Numbered from the stretch's first letter, positions 18,728-29,040 are shown. The stretch: DNA of 64,000 nt from Alphaproteobacteria bacterium (GCA_038121105.1 JAYONB010000001.1:354429-418428); one strand, 5' to 3'. A program made the numbers and translations. Notes: generated by a model from the sequence alone, not told the origin.

Positions 18728-18910
18728 TTACGCCGCGCGGCGTACCTCCTGGCCGTTGTGTACGTCGAGCCCGAGTTCGACGATCGCATGGACGAGGTCC
18801 GGTAGCCGCCTGCCCTCACGGCGCGCCGTCTCCTCCAATCGGACAAGAACAGCTTCCGGCAATCGAACGTTGAGGACGACGAGGTCGTCGGCGTGTCTGT
18901 TGGTGTACAT
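18728..18910 (-). CDS. putative ribbon-helix-helix (CopG/Arc-like) DNA-binding protein
   Basis: Track ORF 18728..19072 trimmed to the ATG at 18910. The product MYTNRHADDLVVLNVRLPEAVLVRLEETARREGRRLPDLVHAIVELGL resembles an RHH fold. Weak RBS. Confidence 0.35.
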   Translation of the reverse strand: MYTNRHADDLVVLNVRLPEAVLVRLEETARREGRRLPDLVHAIVELGLDVHNGQEVRRAA

Positions 18911-18998
18911 TGCTCTCACAGTTGTGTTGCGCACCGGATGTCGGTGCGCTGCTTTCGGCGGCAAGATACCGCGCACCCGTGACAGTTTTGTGGCGCTT

Positions 18999-19433
18999 TT
19001 ATCGGGTGAGCTGGATCGGGTCTTTACTACTGACGCCAATCGCGGCGACGCAATCGAGCGTCGGCTCGGCAACGCACTCTAAGACCGCGTTGAGCAGAGC
19101 CTCCCCGACCTGTGTGCAATCAAAAGGTCGTAGCTGGAATGACCGAAGAACGGACTTGTCGACGGGCAGCGCCCCGAACGGGATGGCCATGCGCGCAACA
19201 TTCACACCGGCTTTGTCGAAAAGAACGAATTCGGCCGTAATCGCGCCGATGTGGGACGCACTGCGGTTCGTGACGCGCCAGTCGAAACGACAAGCCTGAC
19301 CTTGTTGGTCGACACGATTGAGCTCTATCGACAGCGGCGGGCTTTGTGCGCTCGCCGCGTTCCAGAATACGAGAATGAGGCCAACGGCGACGCCAATCGC
19401 GTTCAGCGAATTTTTCAAATGACTATCCCCCAA
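18999..19433 (-). CDS. hypothetical secreted protein
   Basis: 144 aa. Signal-peptide-like LNAIGVAVGLILVFWNAASAQ. No recognisable domain. Confidence 0.35.
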   Translation of the reverse strand: MGDSHLKNSLNAIGVAVGLILVFWNAASAQSPPLSIELNRVDQQGQACRFDWRVTNRSASHIGAITAEFVLFDKAGVNVARMAIPFGALPVDKSVLRSFQLRPFDCTQVGEALLNAVLECVAEPTLDCVAAIGVSSKDPIQLTR

Positions 19434-19492
19434 CTAAGAACACGCCCTCAAAGCCTATGACGGCAACGGCCAGTGTCAACCGAGCCAAATAG

Positions 19493-20680
19493 CTAGAAGC
19501 TACCACGATCGCGTGCGCCGAGGACGCTGCCGCCGACGTGCTGACCCCGCGGCAACTCTGCCCCTTCGGGAAAGGGGCGTGCATGACCGAAGCGAAAAAC
19601 GGAATCGTGCGCCACTGAGATATTGCAGATAAGCGGCCAGATTTCTTCGCGTAGAAAGATTTGGTCGGCCCAGCGTCCACCATAGTGTGCAAGACGCGGT
19701 GCAATCAGAGGTTCGAGCGCAGGCAGAACACCGGCCACCCCGCCCCACATGCCAGCCAGGATCAGCTCCAAATGCGCCGGGCTGTCGCGCATGATGTGAA
19801 ACGCGCTACCTTCGTTAATCCAATCTGCCACCGCCGCGGCCTCTCGCCGATTGAGACGGGCATCGCAATCACGGCATAGAAACCGATCGATGTCGGGATC
19901 GTTCGCGGCCTCGAACCGCCAAAATGCGCCACGCGCGGCTTGCTTGGGCGTGGGACGACGCTCGATCTGCGCGGCTTGCGCTTCTAAGTCTTGGACCACA
20001 GTGCCGGGCACGGTTGCATCGACGTAGAACCGGGCGGTCCAACCGGGGTAGATCTCCGCGACGAGACGCGCATTTTCGAGCGCGCCTGTGAGATACTCCT
20101 CGACGTCGCCCCATAACGAGAATGCGATGATGTTGCGCTCGGGTTGGTCGGCGCGAAACGGCGGCACCGTTGCCTCTTCGGGCGCAATGGGTGCGATATC
20201 GCGCGCTCGAGACTGCTCGTCCTTGAGGGTGAGCGTACGACGGCCCTCGGCCAAGGCCTCGTCATGCCGCCCCAGTCGATAGAAGACAGTCGCAAGATTA
20301 GCCGCTGCTGTCGCGTCGGCGGGCGCAAGGCGGGTGGCGGTTTGGAGCGCCGACAAAGCCTCGGCGTCACGACCGATTTGTCGCAGCGCACCGCCCAGGT
20401 TCTGATGAAACGCCGCTTCGTCGGGACGCTGCGCAATCCCCTGGCGCATGAGATCAATCCCCTCATCATGCCGGCCGCGCTGAAAACCGATCACGCCTAA
20501 AAAATGTGTGCTTGGCGCATGGTCGGGCTTCGCCGCGAGAACCTGTTGAAAGATCGATTCGGCATTGTCGCGGTCGCCGCGACGCAATGCCGCCATGCCG
20601 GCGTCGAAAGCCTGCGCCAACGTCATCGTTTGTTTAGCCACGGCAATCCGATGATCGCTTGCGCGCCATTCGCCCGGCAA
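19493..20680 (-). CDS. TPR-repeat protein with an uncharacterised C-terminal domain
   Basis: 395 aa. N-terminal TPR-like repeats (AESIFQQVLAAKPDHAPSTHFLGVI..., ...AAFHQNLGGALRQIG...). C-terminal ~230 aa (NIIAFSLWGD..., YPGWTARFYVD, MWGGVAG) is not assignable from sequence alone. Starts 8 nt after the histidine-kinase stop. Confidence 0.65.
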   Translation of the reverse strand: MPGEWRASDHRIAVAKQTMTLAQAFDAGMAALRRGDRDNAESIFQQVLAAKPDHAPSTHFLGVIGFQRGRHDEGIDLMRQGIAQRPDEAAFHQNLGGALRQIGRDAEALSALQTATRLAPADATAAANLATVFYRLGRHDEALAEGRRTLTLKDEQSRARDIAPIAPEEATVPPFRADQPERNIIAFSLWGDVEEYLTGALENARLVAEIYPGWTARFYVDATVPGTVVQDLEAQAAQIERRPTPKQAARGAFWRFEAANDPDIDRFLCRDCDARLNRREAAAVADWINEGSAFHIMRDSPAHLELILAGMWGGVAGVLPALEPLIAPRLAHYGGRWADQIFLREEIWPLICNISVAHDSVFRFGHARPFPEGAELPRGQHVGGSVLGARDRGSF

Positions 20681-20688
20681 CCGCGCCG

Positions 20689-22083
20689 CTATTCCGCCGC
20701 AAGTCGAGGTTGCTTCGCCCGCGCGACAGGCGTCGGCAGCTCAAAACAAAATGTTGCGCCGCCGCCTTTGGTCGGCTCGAAAGCTATCCGCCCGCCGTGA
20801 CGGTCGATGATGAGTTTGGACAAGTGAAGACCGAGTCCTGTTCCTTTGTGCTTACGCGCCGTCGAAGCATCCGCCTGCGAAAACCGGTCAAATAGATGCG
20901 GTCGAAAATCGGGCGGCACCCCGGGCCCCTGGTCGACCACCAGCACTCTAACCGTATCGCCCCGCGGATCCGCCGATAGGCGTACTTCGCTGCCCCGTGG
21001 CGAGAACTTGATCGCGTTGGAAATGAGATTCCCCAAGACTTGGAGAAGTTGATCCCGATCACCCATGACCTCGATCTCAAGATTGGCATCGCGGACCAAC
21101 AGACTCACGCCTTCGCTATGCGCGAAGCCAATCGCTTGATCGACCGCTTGTCGCATCAACGAGATGATGTTCAGAGCCTCCACGTCGAACTTCACCTCGC
21201 CGGCTTCGATCCGTTCGATATCCAGGATGTCGTTGATTAGGCGCACCAAACGGTCGCTGTTTGTCGCTGCAATCTTCACGACGTCCCGCGCCGAAACTGG
21301 AAGGTCGCCGATCATCCCGGACTCTAGTAGGTCCAGGGCGCCTTTGATCGAGGTCAGCGGTGTGCGTAGTTCGTGACTGACGGTCGAGATAAACTCGTTT
21401 TTCATCTCGTCGATTTTCCGCTTTTCGCTGACATCCAAGACTGAAAGCTGAAAAGCATCCTCGCCTCCCCACTTGACCATTTGGATGTAGGTTTCGACCC
21501 AAAACTCCGTGCCGTCTTTCTTTAGGGCCGGGTGCACCACCGCGCGTGCGACACCGGGACGACCGACCTCTTTCGAACGCGCGATAACGGCGTCGCGAGT
21601 CGCCTCAGGCAGAAGGTCGGACATCGGTCCGTGCGCCAGGGCGTCTTCAACGGAGTCGAAGCCAAACATTTTGGCGAAGGTGTCATTACAGTAGAACGGG
21701 ACGAAATTCCGTTGAATGCAAATGCCCTTTACGGACCCTTCCGCCAGGGCGCGGAACTTCGCCTCGTTGTCGCGCGCGCGAAGCTCGGCCTTGTGCGCGC
21801 GATCGAGTGCGCCGACGAAAAGGAACGAAATCGGGACGCTGACGAGGAACGGCACGATAAAAATAAGGGCGCCGAAGAACGGCCGCTCGGCATAGCCGGG
21901 CTGATCCAGGATGATGAACCCAACCGTTGCAAAGAAATTCACCGTCAACATGAGAAGGGCGCTGACGGCCAATACGGTCGGCCATACGCCGATGTGCGCC
22001 GTGAGACGGGTCACCGCGCGCGTCAGCCGGTCGCCGATCGCTTGATTCTTTTTTGTCTGGGGAGTGGTCAATTTCAGCCCCAA
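20689..22083 (-). CDS. membrane-anchored PAS sensor histidine kinase (no cognate response regulator in the window)
   Basis: 464 aa. N-terminal TM helices, PAS-like segment, H-box FISTVSHELRTPLTSI, N/G-box HATPase motifs (GNLISNAIKFS, GTGLGLHLSK). Confidence 0.85.
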   Translation of the reverse strand: MGLKLTTPQTKKNQAIGDRLTRAVTRLTAHIGVWPTVLAVSALLMLTVNFFATVGFIILDQPGYAERPFFGALIFIVPFLVSVPISFLFVGALDRAHKAELRARDNEAKFRALAEGSVKGICIQRNFVPFYCNDTFAKMFGFDSVEDALAHGPMSDLLPEATRDAVIARSKEVGRPGVARAVVHPALKKDGTEFWVETYIQMVKWGGEDAFQLSVLDVSEKRKIDEMKNEFISTVSHELRTPLTSIKGALDLLESGMIGDLPVSARDVVKIAATNSDRLVRLINDILDIERIEAGEVKFDVEALNIISLMRQAVDQAIGFAHSEGVSLLVRDANLEIEVMGDRDQLLQVLGNLISNAIKFSPRGSEVRLSADPRGDTVRVLVVDQGPGVPPDFRPHLFDRFSQADASTARKHKGTGLGLHLSKLIIDRHGGRIAFEPTKGGGATFCFELPTPVARAKQPRLAAE

Positions 22084-22322
22084 CTTGGTCGCGCCTCGCG
22101 GCGCCTTGGTGCGATACCCACGCCGTTGTCAGCGAAAAGGTAAAGGGCGGTCCCCCTCCAGGGCCAGCGGGGGGACCGCCTTAAAAAAGTTACCAAGCTC
22201 GTCGTACTGAAGAGCCTGATAATCCCATACCGAGCCGGCGCCATCTGTGACGCCCGTCACGTTTGGCCCGATTTGAGCGGCGAATTTCCCCCCAAATATG
22301 GGGGGACGGTGCATCCGCGAGG

Positions 22323-23309
22323 CTAAAGACGGTCTGCCGGCGTGACCAATCGGTCGGCTTGCCCGGTTTCGAGATAGCGCACGACGTTGGTGGCCGCATG
22401 ACGCGCGGCATCGATGAAATAGCCCACCGTAATGCCGGAATTGTGCGGCGAGCCCAGCACGTTCGGCAGCTCAATGAAGGGGCGATCCTCCGCAAACTTG
22501 CCCTCTCGGTAGGGTTCGCCCCACCAGGTGTCGAGGCAGGCCCAAAACGTGGGGGTTGCCTCTAGGTGGGCAAACAGATCGGCCTCCTCTATCACGCCCC
22601 CGCGGGCAACATTGACCAAGATGGCGTCGTCCTTTGCGTGGGCGAGCGCTGCGGCGTTGATGAGCCCCTTGGTCTGCGCGTTCAGGCCGCACGACAAGAC
22701 CACCACGTCGGCCCGTGCGATGGCGGTATGGAGGTCATCGAGGGTGCCGATGAAATCGGTCGGGGCATCCGTACGCCCGCTGCGGTTCAATGCTTCGATC
22801 CGGACGCCAAACGCCCGCATCAGATTGGCGGTGGCCTTGCCGATCCCGCCATATCCGATGATCAGACAGGTATCGCCCCTGAGTTCGCGCATGCGTTTCC
22901 ACTGCCGCCATTCGCCCTGTTGCATCGCAGTGTGATTGCCGAGAAAGTCCTTCTTTGCGGCAAGCACCATCCCGACGATGTGCTCGGCCATCTGAGGGGC
23001 GAACGCGCCTCCGTTATGAGCGATCGCGGCATCGGCCGGCAGGGCGTCGAACGGAAGCTGATCCACACCGGCAATCATCGTCTGCACGAGTTTGCCCGCA
23101 AACATTGTTGGATCGAGTTGTTTCGAGGGGTCGGCCGAAAAACCGCGCAACAGGATAGCCTTCGCGTCGGCAATCGCTTGACTGCGTGCCGCGTCGTCGA
23201 GCTCGTGCAGAAAAACGAGATCGGACTTTTCGCCGAGGACCTCGACGAAGACCTCACGAACGGCGTCTTCTTCCGGTTCAAACGCGATAGCTACGAGCGG
23301 CAACGGCAT
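22323..23309 (-). CDS. D-isomer-specific 2-hydroxyacid dehydrogenase family protein
   Basis: 328 aa. NAD-binding GYGGIGKATA. Catalytic-region pattern of D-2-hydroxyacid dehydrogenases (VNVARGGVIEE, SPHNSG). Confidence 0.85.
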   Translation of the reverse strand: MPLPLVAIAFEPEEDAVREVFVEVLGEKSDLVFLHELDDAARSQAIADAKAILLRGFSADPSKQLDPTMFAGKLVQTMIAGVDQLPFDALPADAAIAHNGGAFAPQMAEHIVGMVLAAKKDFLGNHTAMQQGEWRQWKRMRELRGDTCLIIGYGGIGKATANLMRAFGVRIEALNRSGRTDAPTDFIGTLDDLHTAIARADVVVLSCGLNAQTKGLINAAALAHAKDDAILVNVARGGVIEEADLFAHLEATPTFWACLDTWWGEPYREGKFAEDRPFIELPNVLGSPHNSGITVGYFIDAARHAATNVVRYLETGQADRLVTPADRL

Positions 23310-23367
23310 GGAATGTCCCTTGTTTCTGGGTTTGCTATTCGGGGTTTGCCGACCGGCGGCGCGTCAA

Positions 23368-24033
23368 TCAGGCCGAGGGCGGGTTGAGGGTCGGCGTCGC
23401 CGAGAAATTGATGGCAATCGAAATACGGGTCTCTTTCCCGAGATAGGGTTTGACCGCATGACTGACGTAGGACGGAAAGATTACCAGCATACCGGCTTGC
23501 GGCGAGATCGCCTCGCTGGCGCCGCCGGAGTGACCGCCCGAGAAATTGTAAGCCAACAACGGCGCGTGCATGGCCGGAGCCACCCCACGCGGATCAGCGA
23601 ATTCGAGCGCGCCACCGAGCGTCGGATCTTCGCCGATCCCACCGTCGGCAACGTAATAGACCGCGGACCAGAAACAGCCGGCATGGGTGTGGAATTCATT
23701 GCCATTGCCTTTGCGGTTCACGTTGGCCCAGGCATTGAGGTGCCAATCGACTTTGACCGGCTGACCGTCACGCCCGGCGGTTAGGCGGTCGACCAATGCG
23801 CGTGCGTGCCCCAGAAGCGTTTGCGCGGCCGGGCCACCCCAGGTCAGAAATTCGGTGTCGGATTGCCAGCCGCCAAGATTGCTGTGCTGGGTCGAGGGAT
23901 GCGATTTTTCGTAGTCGAGGATGGTCGTTTGAAGCGCGGCGTTGAGCGTCTCGTAATCGGGCAGCTTCGTCACCAAAACCGGTGTGGGAAAAAGGCCGTT
24001 GACCTGAACTTGCTGTTTGGACGTGTCGTTCAT
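23368..24033 (-). CDS. 2OG-Fe(II) oxygenase superfamily protein (TIGR02466-like)
   Basis: 221 aa. LFPTPVLVTKLPD N-terminus. HTH...H-type metal pattern (NEFHTHAG ... SYVSHAV). Confidence 0.65.
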   Translation of the reverse strand: MNDTSKQQVQVNGLFPTPVLVTKLPDYETLNAALQTTILDYEKSHPSTQHSNLGGWQSDTEFLTWGGPAAQTLLGHARALVDRLTAGRDGQPVKVDWHLNAWANVNRKGNGNEFHTHAGCFWSAVYYVADGGIGEDPTLGGALEFADPRGVAPAMHAPLLAYNFSGGHSGGASEAISPQAGMLVIFPSYVSHAVKPYLGKETRISIAINFSATPTLNPPSA

Positions 24034-24101
24034 CCCCAGAGTTTAGGCCCCCTGGCAACGTGACGACAGGGGTATGAGCGCCGCGATTGTTATAGTGCGC
24101 C

Positions 24102-25004
24102 ATGGCACGGTCGACCCCCTTCCCCAACCATCTGCTTGATGCAGCGGCACGGCAACAGTTGGGTCGGCGTCGGAATGGGCCGGCGATCGCGCGCTTGGCG
24201 GCACACCTTGCGACACTGGGCGTGACCGGCGTCCTGGTGTGGTCGTCACGCGGCACGTGGTGGGGGGCACCCGGTTTGGTTGTCCACGGAATCGTGCTGG
24301 TCTTCTTGTTTGCCCCGTTGCACGAGACCATCCACGACACGGCCTTTCGCACCAGAGCACTGAACCGGTGGGTTGCGGCGATGTTGGGCACGGCGCTGCT
24401 CTTGCCCGCAAACTATTTTCGCCATTTTCATGCAGCTCACCATCGCTTGACCAATATACCGGGCGACCCGGAACTGAGCGGGCGGGGACGCGAGACGGTG
24501 GGCGACTACCTTTGGCATCTCTCGGGATGGCCGTTGTGGCGCGAACGGGTGTCGAGCTTGCTGCGACACGCTTTGGGCCGAGGCGTCGAGCCGTTTGTGC
24601 CCCGTTATCGGCGGCGTGCAATCGTGTGCGAGGCCCGCGTTACGCTGGGGGTTTACGTCGCGCTCGGCGCTGCGGGTTGGTCCCTGGGATGCATTGCCGC
24701 ACTGTTGTGGCTGTGGGTGCTCCCGATGTTGGTCGGCCAGCCTTTCTTGCGCGTGTTCCTCCTGGCGGAACACGGCGGTCGCCCGCAGACCCCGGACATG
24801 CTGCGTAACAGCCGAACAACACGCAGTACGGCGGTTGTGCGCGCCTTGGCGTGGAACATGCCCTACCACAGCGAACATCATGCGTTTCCATGGGTTCCGT
24901 TTCACGCCTTGCCCGCTCTGCACACGCGGATCAAACAAGATCTCGTCGGGGTGGCGCCGAGCTACGCCGGAACGCTGATAGGGCTGTTGCGGGCCGCGCG
25001 TTAG
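24102..25004 (+). CDS. membrane fatty-acid-desaturase-family protein (three His boxes)
   Basis: 300 aa. His boxes HETIHD, HFHAAHHR and HSEHHAF, with hydrophobic segments between them. Confidence 0.8.
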   Translation: MARSTPFPNHLLDAAARQQLGRRRNGPAIARLAAHLATLGVTGVLVWSSRGTWWGAPGLVVHGIVLVFLFAPLHETIHDTAFRTRALNRWVAAMLGTALLLPANYFRHFHAAHHRLTNIPGDPELSGRGRETVGDYLWHLSGWPLWRERVSSLLRHALGRGVEPFVPRYRRRAIVCEARVTLGVYVALGAAGWSLGCIAALLWLWVLPMLVGQPFLRVFLLAEHGGRPQTPDMLRNSRTTRSTAVVRALAWNMPYHSEHHAFPWVPFHALPALHTRIKQDLVGVAPSYAGTLIGLLRAAR

Positions 25005-25990
25005 AGGAGTTTGGCGTCGTCGACGTGACGGCGCACGCTTTCGGCAAACCAATCGAAGCCCGGGAAATGGAATGCGACATGGCCGATCGCATTTACTGCG
25101 CGGGAAAAACCGCAAAGGTACTGGAACTCTTTGCCAACCAAGAACAACGGGATGTGGCGGCGTTCGAGGTCGGAGAGCGGCCGGACGGTCTCGTAGCCTT
25201 CGAGAAACACATCCCAGAGTTTCATCGGCAGGCCGTTCTTTTCGATCGACCAGCGGTAACTCATTAGCTCCTGCACGAAGTAATCGAGGCCGCAGGCGTC
25301 GAAATCCATGATCGTGACGTCGTCGCCGTCGCGCACAAAGGCGTTGTGAATGTGGAAGTCGCCATGAATAGCACCGGACGGCACGTCGTCGGCAGCTTTG
25401 ACGCCACGATAGCCCGCCGTGACGGCGTCGGCGACTTCGCGGTAATAAGCAACATCGTCAGGGCGGTGGGCGGCGAGTTTTTCGAGATAGGGAAACGAAC
25501 TGGTGATTCCCGACTCGCGGTCGATCAATCGTCCTTTCTTCGTTTCGGACCAGGCGGCCGACAGGGTGTGAATGTGGCCGAAGATGACGCCCATTTTGCG
25601 CGACACGATTTCACTCGGCTTCGAGGAAAAGGCGCTGCCTTCGACGAACGCAAACAAGGCGACGGGACGTTCGCCTTCGGGACCGGCGACCAGCATATGC
25701 CCCGAACCGTCGGTCCCGCGTTGCGGCACCGGGAGCGGCACGCCGCCGGCATCCAGGTGCAGCATGAAGTTCATTTGGTAATCGACCTTGTCGACCGGCG
25801 TGAGCCCGGGCCGCCAGACCTGGGCGACGTACTTCGCGCCCGCGGCGCGCACGAGATAGAAGTCATTCATGCCGCGGTGAAGGAGTTCGCAATTGAACGG
25901 CTGGCCCAAACCGTAATGCGCGCGAATAGCCTCGCCCAACGCCACCGCGTCGAGAATGGTGTGTGCGGCCGGAACAATGTGCTGGTTCAT
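25001..25990 (-). CDS. phosphotransferase (APH-like) family protein, paralog 2
   Basis: 329 aa. HGDFHIHNAF and IMDFDACG motifs. Its 3' end overlaps the desaturase gene by 4 nt (convergent). Confidence 0.85.
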   Translation of the reverse strand: MNQHIVPAAHTILDAVALGEAIRAHYGLGQPFNCELLHRGMNDFYLVRAAGAKYVAQVWRPGLTPVDKVDYQMNFMLHLDAGGVPLPVPQRGTDGSGHMLVAGPEGERPVALFAFVEGSAFSSKPSEIVSRKMGVIFGHIHTLSAAWSETKKGRLIDRESGITSSFPYLEKLAAHRPDDVAYYREVADAVTAGYRGVKAADDVPSGAIHGDFHIHNAFVRDGDDVTIMDFDACGLDYFVQELMSYRWSIEKNGLPMKLWDVFLEGYETVRPLSDLERRHIPLFLVGKEFQYLCGFSRAVNAIGHVAFHFPGFDWFAESVRRHVDDAKLL

Positions 25991-26112
25991 AAACCCTCCC
26001 CGAACTGGCGCATCCTAGCGAGCCGCGGCGGCGCAACCTAGTGCCAGCACATTGACGGCAGACTCCGGAAGGGGCCGGCTCTAGGCTGAGCCGAATCATT
26101 CGGAGCACCACC

Positions 26113-26493
26113 ATGACCGAGGCCCCTGCCCGTTTCCTCAATCTGCAGACGTGCGTGTACTACGTGCCCGACCTCGACCGCGCCAAGGCTTGGTACACCG
26201 ACGTCCTCGGCGCACCGCCCTACTTCGACGAGCCCTTCTATGTCGGTTTTAGCGTTTCGGGTTATGAACTCGGACTCATGCCGGGGGCTGCGCCGGACGC
26301 GCCGGAGAAGCCGCTGGTGTTTTGCTATTTCGGGGTTGCGGACGCCCAAGCCGAGTACGACCGGCTAGTCGGGATGGGAGGCACCGCGCTGGAACCGCCG
26401 CACGACGTCGGCGAAGGGATCGTCGTGGCCGCGGTGCGCGATCCGTTCGGCAATCCGTTCGGGGTCATCAAGAACGCGCACTTTACGAAATAG
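26113..26493 (+). CDS. VOC (glyoxalase/bleomycin-resistance) family protein
   Basis: 126 aa. Glyoxalase-fold pattern (VYYVPDLDRAKAWYTDVLG, RDPFGNPFGV). Confidence 0.75.
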   Translation: MTEAPARFLNLQTCVYYVPDLDRAKAWYTDVLGAPPYFDEPFYVGFSVSGYELGLMPGAAPDAPEKPLVFCYFGVADAQAEYDRLVGMGGTALEPPHDVGEGIVVAAVRDPFGNPFGVIKNAHFTK

Positions 26494-27754
26494 CGTCGCC
26501 CGCCATGATCGCCGCACGGGCTTCGGCCTTGCGGTGGACCAAGAGCAACAGCACCAGGGCAACACTGACCACAACCATCATCCACAGCGCGCCGTCGAAA
26601 CCGCCGGTAATGTCCGCAACAATGCCGATCGACAGCGGACCGAGTACGCCGCCGATTTCCGCCGCCGAGAAGAACAAGCCGCCCGCCGCTCCCATGTGTT
26701 CGGCATCGACGCCGCGCGTCTCCATCAAGACCAGCAGCGTGATCGCCATCAGCGAGCCGCGCCCGAGACCTTGCAGGACCAACGAGCCGACGATGCTGGG
26801 CATGTAAGGACTGAATAGCAGCACCGCACCGACACCGATGCTGGCGAACAAGACGAGCAGGATACCGAAACGTCGTGGCGGGGTGGCGAACCGCGGGACG
26901 ACCAACGAGCCGACAATCCCCACCGCTACCGGGACGGAAGCCCAAAGACCTGCTTCGACCGGCGCAATGCCGCCGTGACGCAATACCTCCGGCAGCCAAT
27001 TGCCGAACCCGTGGAAGAAGAAAAAGATGCCGATGCTCATCGCCAACACGATCAGAACCGAAGGGATGCGTAGCAACGCGCCGAACACGGCGATCTGGTT
27101 GCCCATCGAGCCGGTGTTTTTGGTGGCTGCCTCGACCGATCTGTTGGTTGGGTGCGATGCCAGGACGAACCAAGCGATACCGGCGGCAAATATGATGACG
27201 GCATAGACCATGAGGGCGGCACGCCAGTCGTTGTCGACTGCGGGCATCAAGACGCTATTGGTGAGCGACAGCGACAGAACGCTGCCCAACGACGGCCCTG
27301 TGATGTAGATGCCCATCGCCATGCCGCGTTCGCGACCGCGAAACCACTGCGCGATGGCTTTTGGCGCGCCGATCGAAATGAGTGGCCCGCCGATCCCGAA
27401 GATGCCGACCGCGAGGAACATCATAAGGGCATCGGGCGCCACGGCGCGCAACGCACCGGATGCGGCCATCAGGACGGCGGCCAAGAACAGCGCCCATTTC
27501 AGCCCTGCGCGGTCGACGAACGCGCCGCAGGGAATGGCGACGACGATATAGACCAGCGGCCAGGCGCCCAGGATGCTGCCCATGACGGTATTGGAAATCG
27601 CGAGATCGGTGCTGATGGTGGCGACGAGCGGGGCCATCGAGGCCGCCAGCAAGCCGAACGAAAAATAGATCAGCCATACCCCACCCAACATCGCCCATCG
27701 GAACGGATGTTCGTACGGCGTGATGCTGTGCGCGGTGTCGGTGGAGGCCATCAC
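26483..27754 (-). CDS. MFS transporter (tandem paralog A)
   Basis: 423 aa, 12-TM-like. Colinear with 27763..29031 (shared PYRW..L.G.WLIYFSFGL, MFS motif A-like GAFVDRAG). Confidence 0.85.
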   Translation of the reverse strand: MMASTDTAHSITPYEHPFRWAMLGGVWLIYFSFGLLAASMAPLVATISTDLAISNTVMGSILGAWPLVYIVVAIPCGAFVDRAGLKWALFLAAVLMAASGALRAVAPDALMMFLAVGIFGIGGPLISIGAPKAIAQWFRGRERGMAMGIYITGPSLGSVLSLSLTNSVLMPAVDNDWRAALMVYAVIIFAAGIAWFVLASHPTNRSVEAATKNTGSMGNQIAVFGALLRIPSVLIVLAMSIGIFFFFHGFGNWLPEVLRHGGIAPVEAGLWASVPVAVGIVGSLVVPRFATPPRRFGILLVLFASIGVGAVLLFSPYMPSIVGSLVLQGLGRGSLMAITLLVLMETRGVDAEHMGAAGGLFFSAAEIGGVLGPLSIGIVADITGGFDGALWMMVVVSVALVLLLLVHRKAEARAAIMAGDAIS

Positions 27755-27762
27755 GCTAGGGT

Positions 27763-29031
27763 CTACGAAACTGCCGGCGTCGGCAATGCGTGCATTGTCG
27801 CCCGGCGATGGAAGGCCAACAAAACAATCAACGTTAGGCTGACCCCGGCCAGGAGGTAGAGAGGCGCGGCAAAGGTGCCGGTGGCGTCGAACAGCACGCC
27901 AAACGAAAGCGGGCCGAACAGCCCGCCGATCTCAGACGCGGTAAAGAACAAGCCGCCCGCGGCGCCCATTTGATGGCTGGCCACGCCGCGCGTTTCCATC
28001 AGCGTCATCAAGCCGACCGTCATCAGGCCGCCCCGCGCGATGCCGTGGGCCAAGAACGAACCGCCGAGCCACGCCGGTTGCGCCGACAACAAGAACAGGG
28101 CGCCAAGGCCCATACAGACGAACAGCAGGAGGAGGACAGCCGAACGGCGTTCCGGGGTCGCGAGGCGTGGAATAATCAGTGCAGCGACCACACCCACCGC
28201 AATCGGCGCGGACGCCCATAGCCCGGCCGGACCGGCCGCTAGCCCGTGGGAAATGAGGATTTCAGGCAACCAGTTGGTGGTGGCATCGTAGAAATAGAAC
28301 ATGCCCATACTCATCAACAGAATGAGCACGACCGCGGGGTTCTTGAGCAAATAGCCGAACACCGCGATCTGTTCGCGGATCGTGCCCCGCCCGGCCGGAT
28401 CGTCGCCGCTGTCGACCGCGCGAAAAGCCGCGCGCGTGGACAACGCCCACCAATACAACCCACCCACCACCATGAAGGCGGCGTAGATCATCAACACCCA
28501 ACGCCAATTGTTCCCGGTGAGCGGCATCAGCAGCGTGTTGGAACTGGCCAGCGCGGCAATGCTGCCAAGCGAAGGACCGGTGAAGTAGATGCCCATAGCG
28601 AGGCCGCGCTGGGGTCCGGTGAACCACTTGGCGATGGCCTTGGGGGTCGTGATCGATAGGAGCGGGCCGCCGATCCCGAACAACGCGACGGCGAAGAACA
28701 AACTCCAGAAGTCGATCGCGAGGCCCCGGGTGATCGCCGAAACCGACATGATCGCCGCAGCGATGAGGAGCGCGCGTTTAGCGCCGAGGCGATCGACCGC
28801 CGCCCCACAGGGGATTGAGGCGAAGACGTAAAGCATGGGCCATGCGGCGAGGATCGTGCCCATCGCCGAGTAGCTAAGCCCCAAATCCGCAGCGACCGGC
28901 CCAACCAGCGGCGCAAGGCCATTGATCTGGAGGCCGAAGGAGAAATAGATCAGCCAGATTCCGCTTAGCACGACCCAGCGGTAGGGGCTGTCGGGCGCCG
29001 CGGTCGGCGGCGTTTCCGTTGCGGTCGTCAC
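27763..29031 (-). CDS. MFS transporter (tandem paralog B)
   Basis: 422 aa. See paralog A. Confidence 0.85.
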   Translation of the reverse strand: MTTATETPPTAAPDSPYRWVVLSGIWLIYFSFGLQINGLAPLVGPVAADLGLSYSAMGTILAAWPMLYVFASIPCGAAVDRLGAKRALLIAAAIMSVSAITRGLAIDFWSLFFAVALFGIGGPLLSITTPKAIAKWFTGPQRGLAMGIYFTGPSLGSIAALASSNTLLMPLTGNNWRWVLMIYAAFMVVGGLYWWALSTRAAFRAVDSGDDPAGRGTIREQIAVFGYLLKNPAVVLILLMSMGMFYFYDATTNWLPEILISHGLAAGPAGLWASAPIAVGVVAALIIPRLATPERRSAVLLLLFVCMGLGALFLLSAQPAWLGGSFLAHGIARGGLMTVGLMTLMETRGVASHQMGAAGGLFFTASEIGGLFGPLSFGVLFDATGTFAAPLYLLAGVSLTLIVLLAFHRRATMHALPTPAVS

Positions 29032-29040
29032 CCGGCAAAC

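Noticed and set aside
22150-22200. Strong 11-bp GC stem followed by TTAAAAAAG, considered as the terminator of the 2-hydroxyacid dehydrogenase gene
   Set aside because: Neither strand has a U-run 3' of the stem, so it is not a canonical intrinsic terminator. It is reported only as a hairpin.
24246-25115. 289-aa minus-strand ORF overlapping the desaturase gene; also 3031..3873, 15334..16158, 16825..17670, 26325..27173 and 37014..38003
   Set aside because: All are antisense or alternative frames to genes with clear domain signatures. They are typical GC-rich artefacts.
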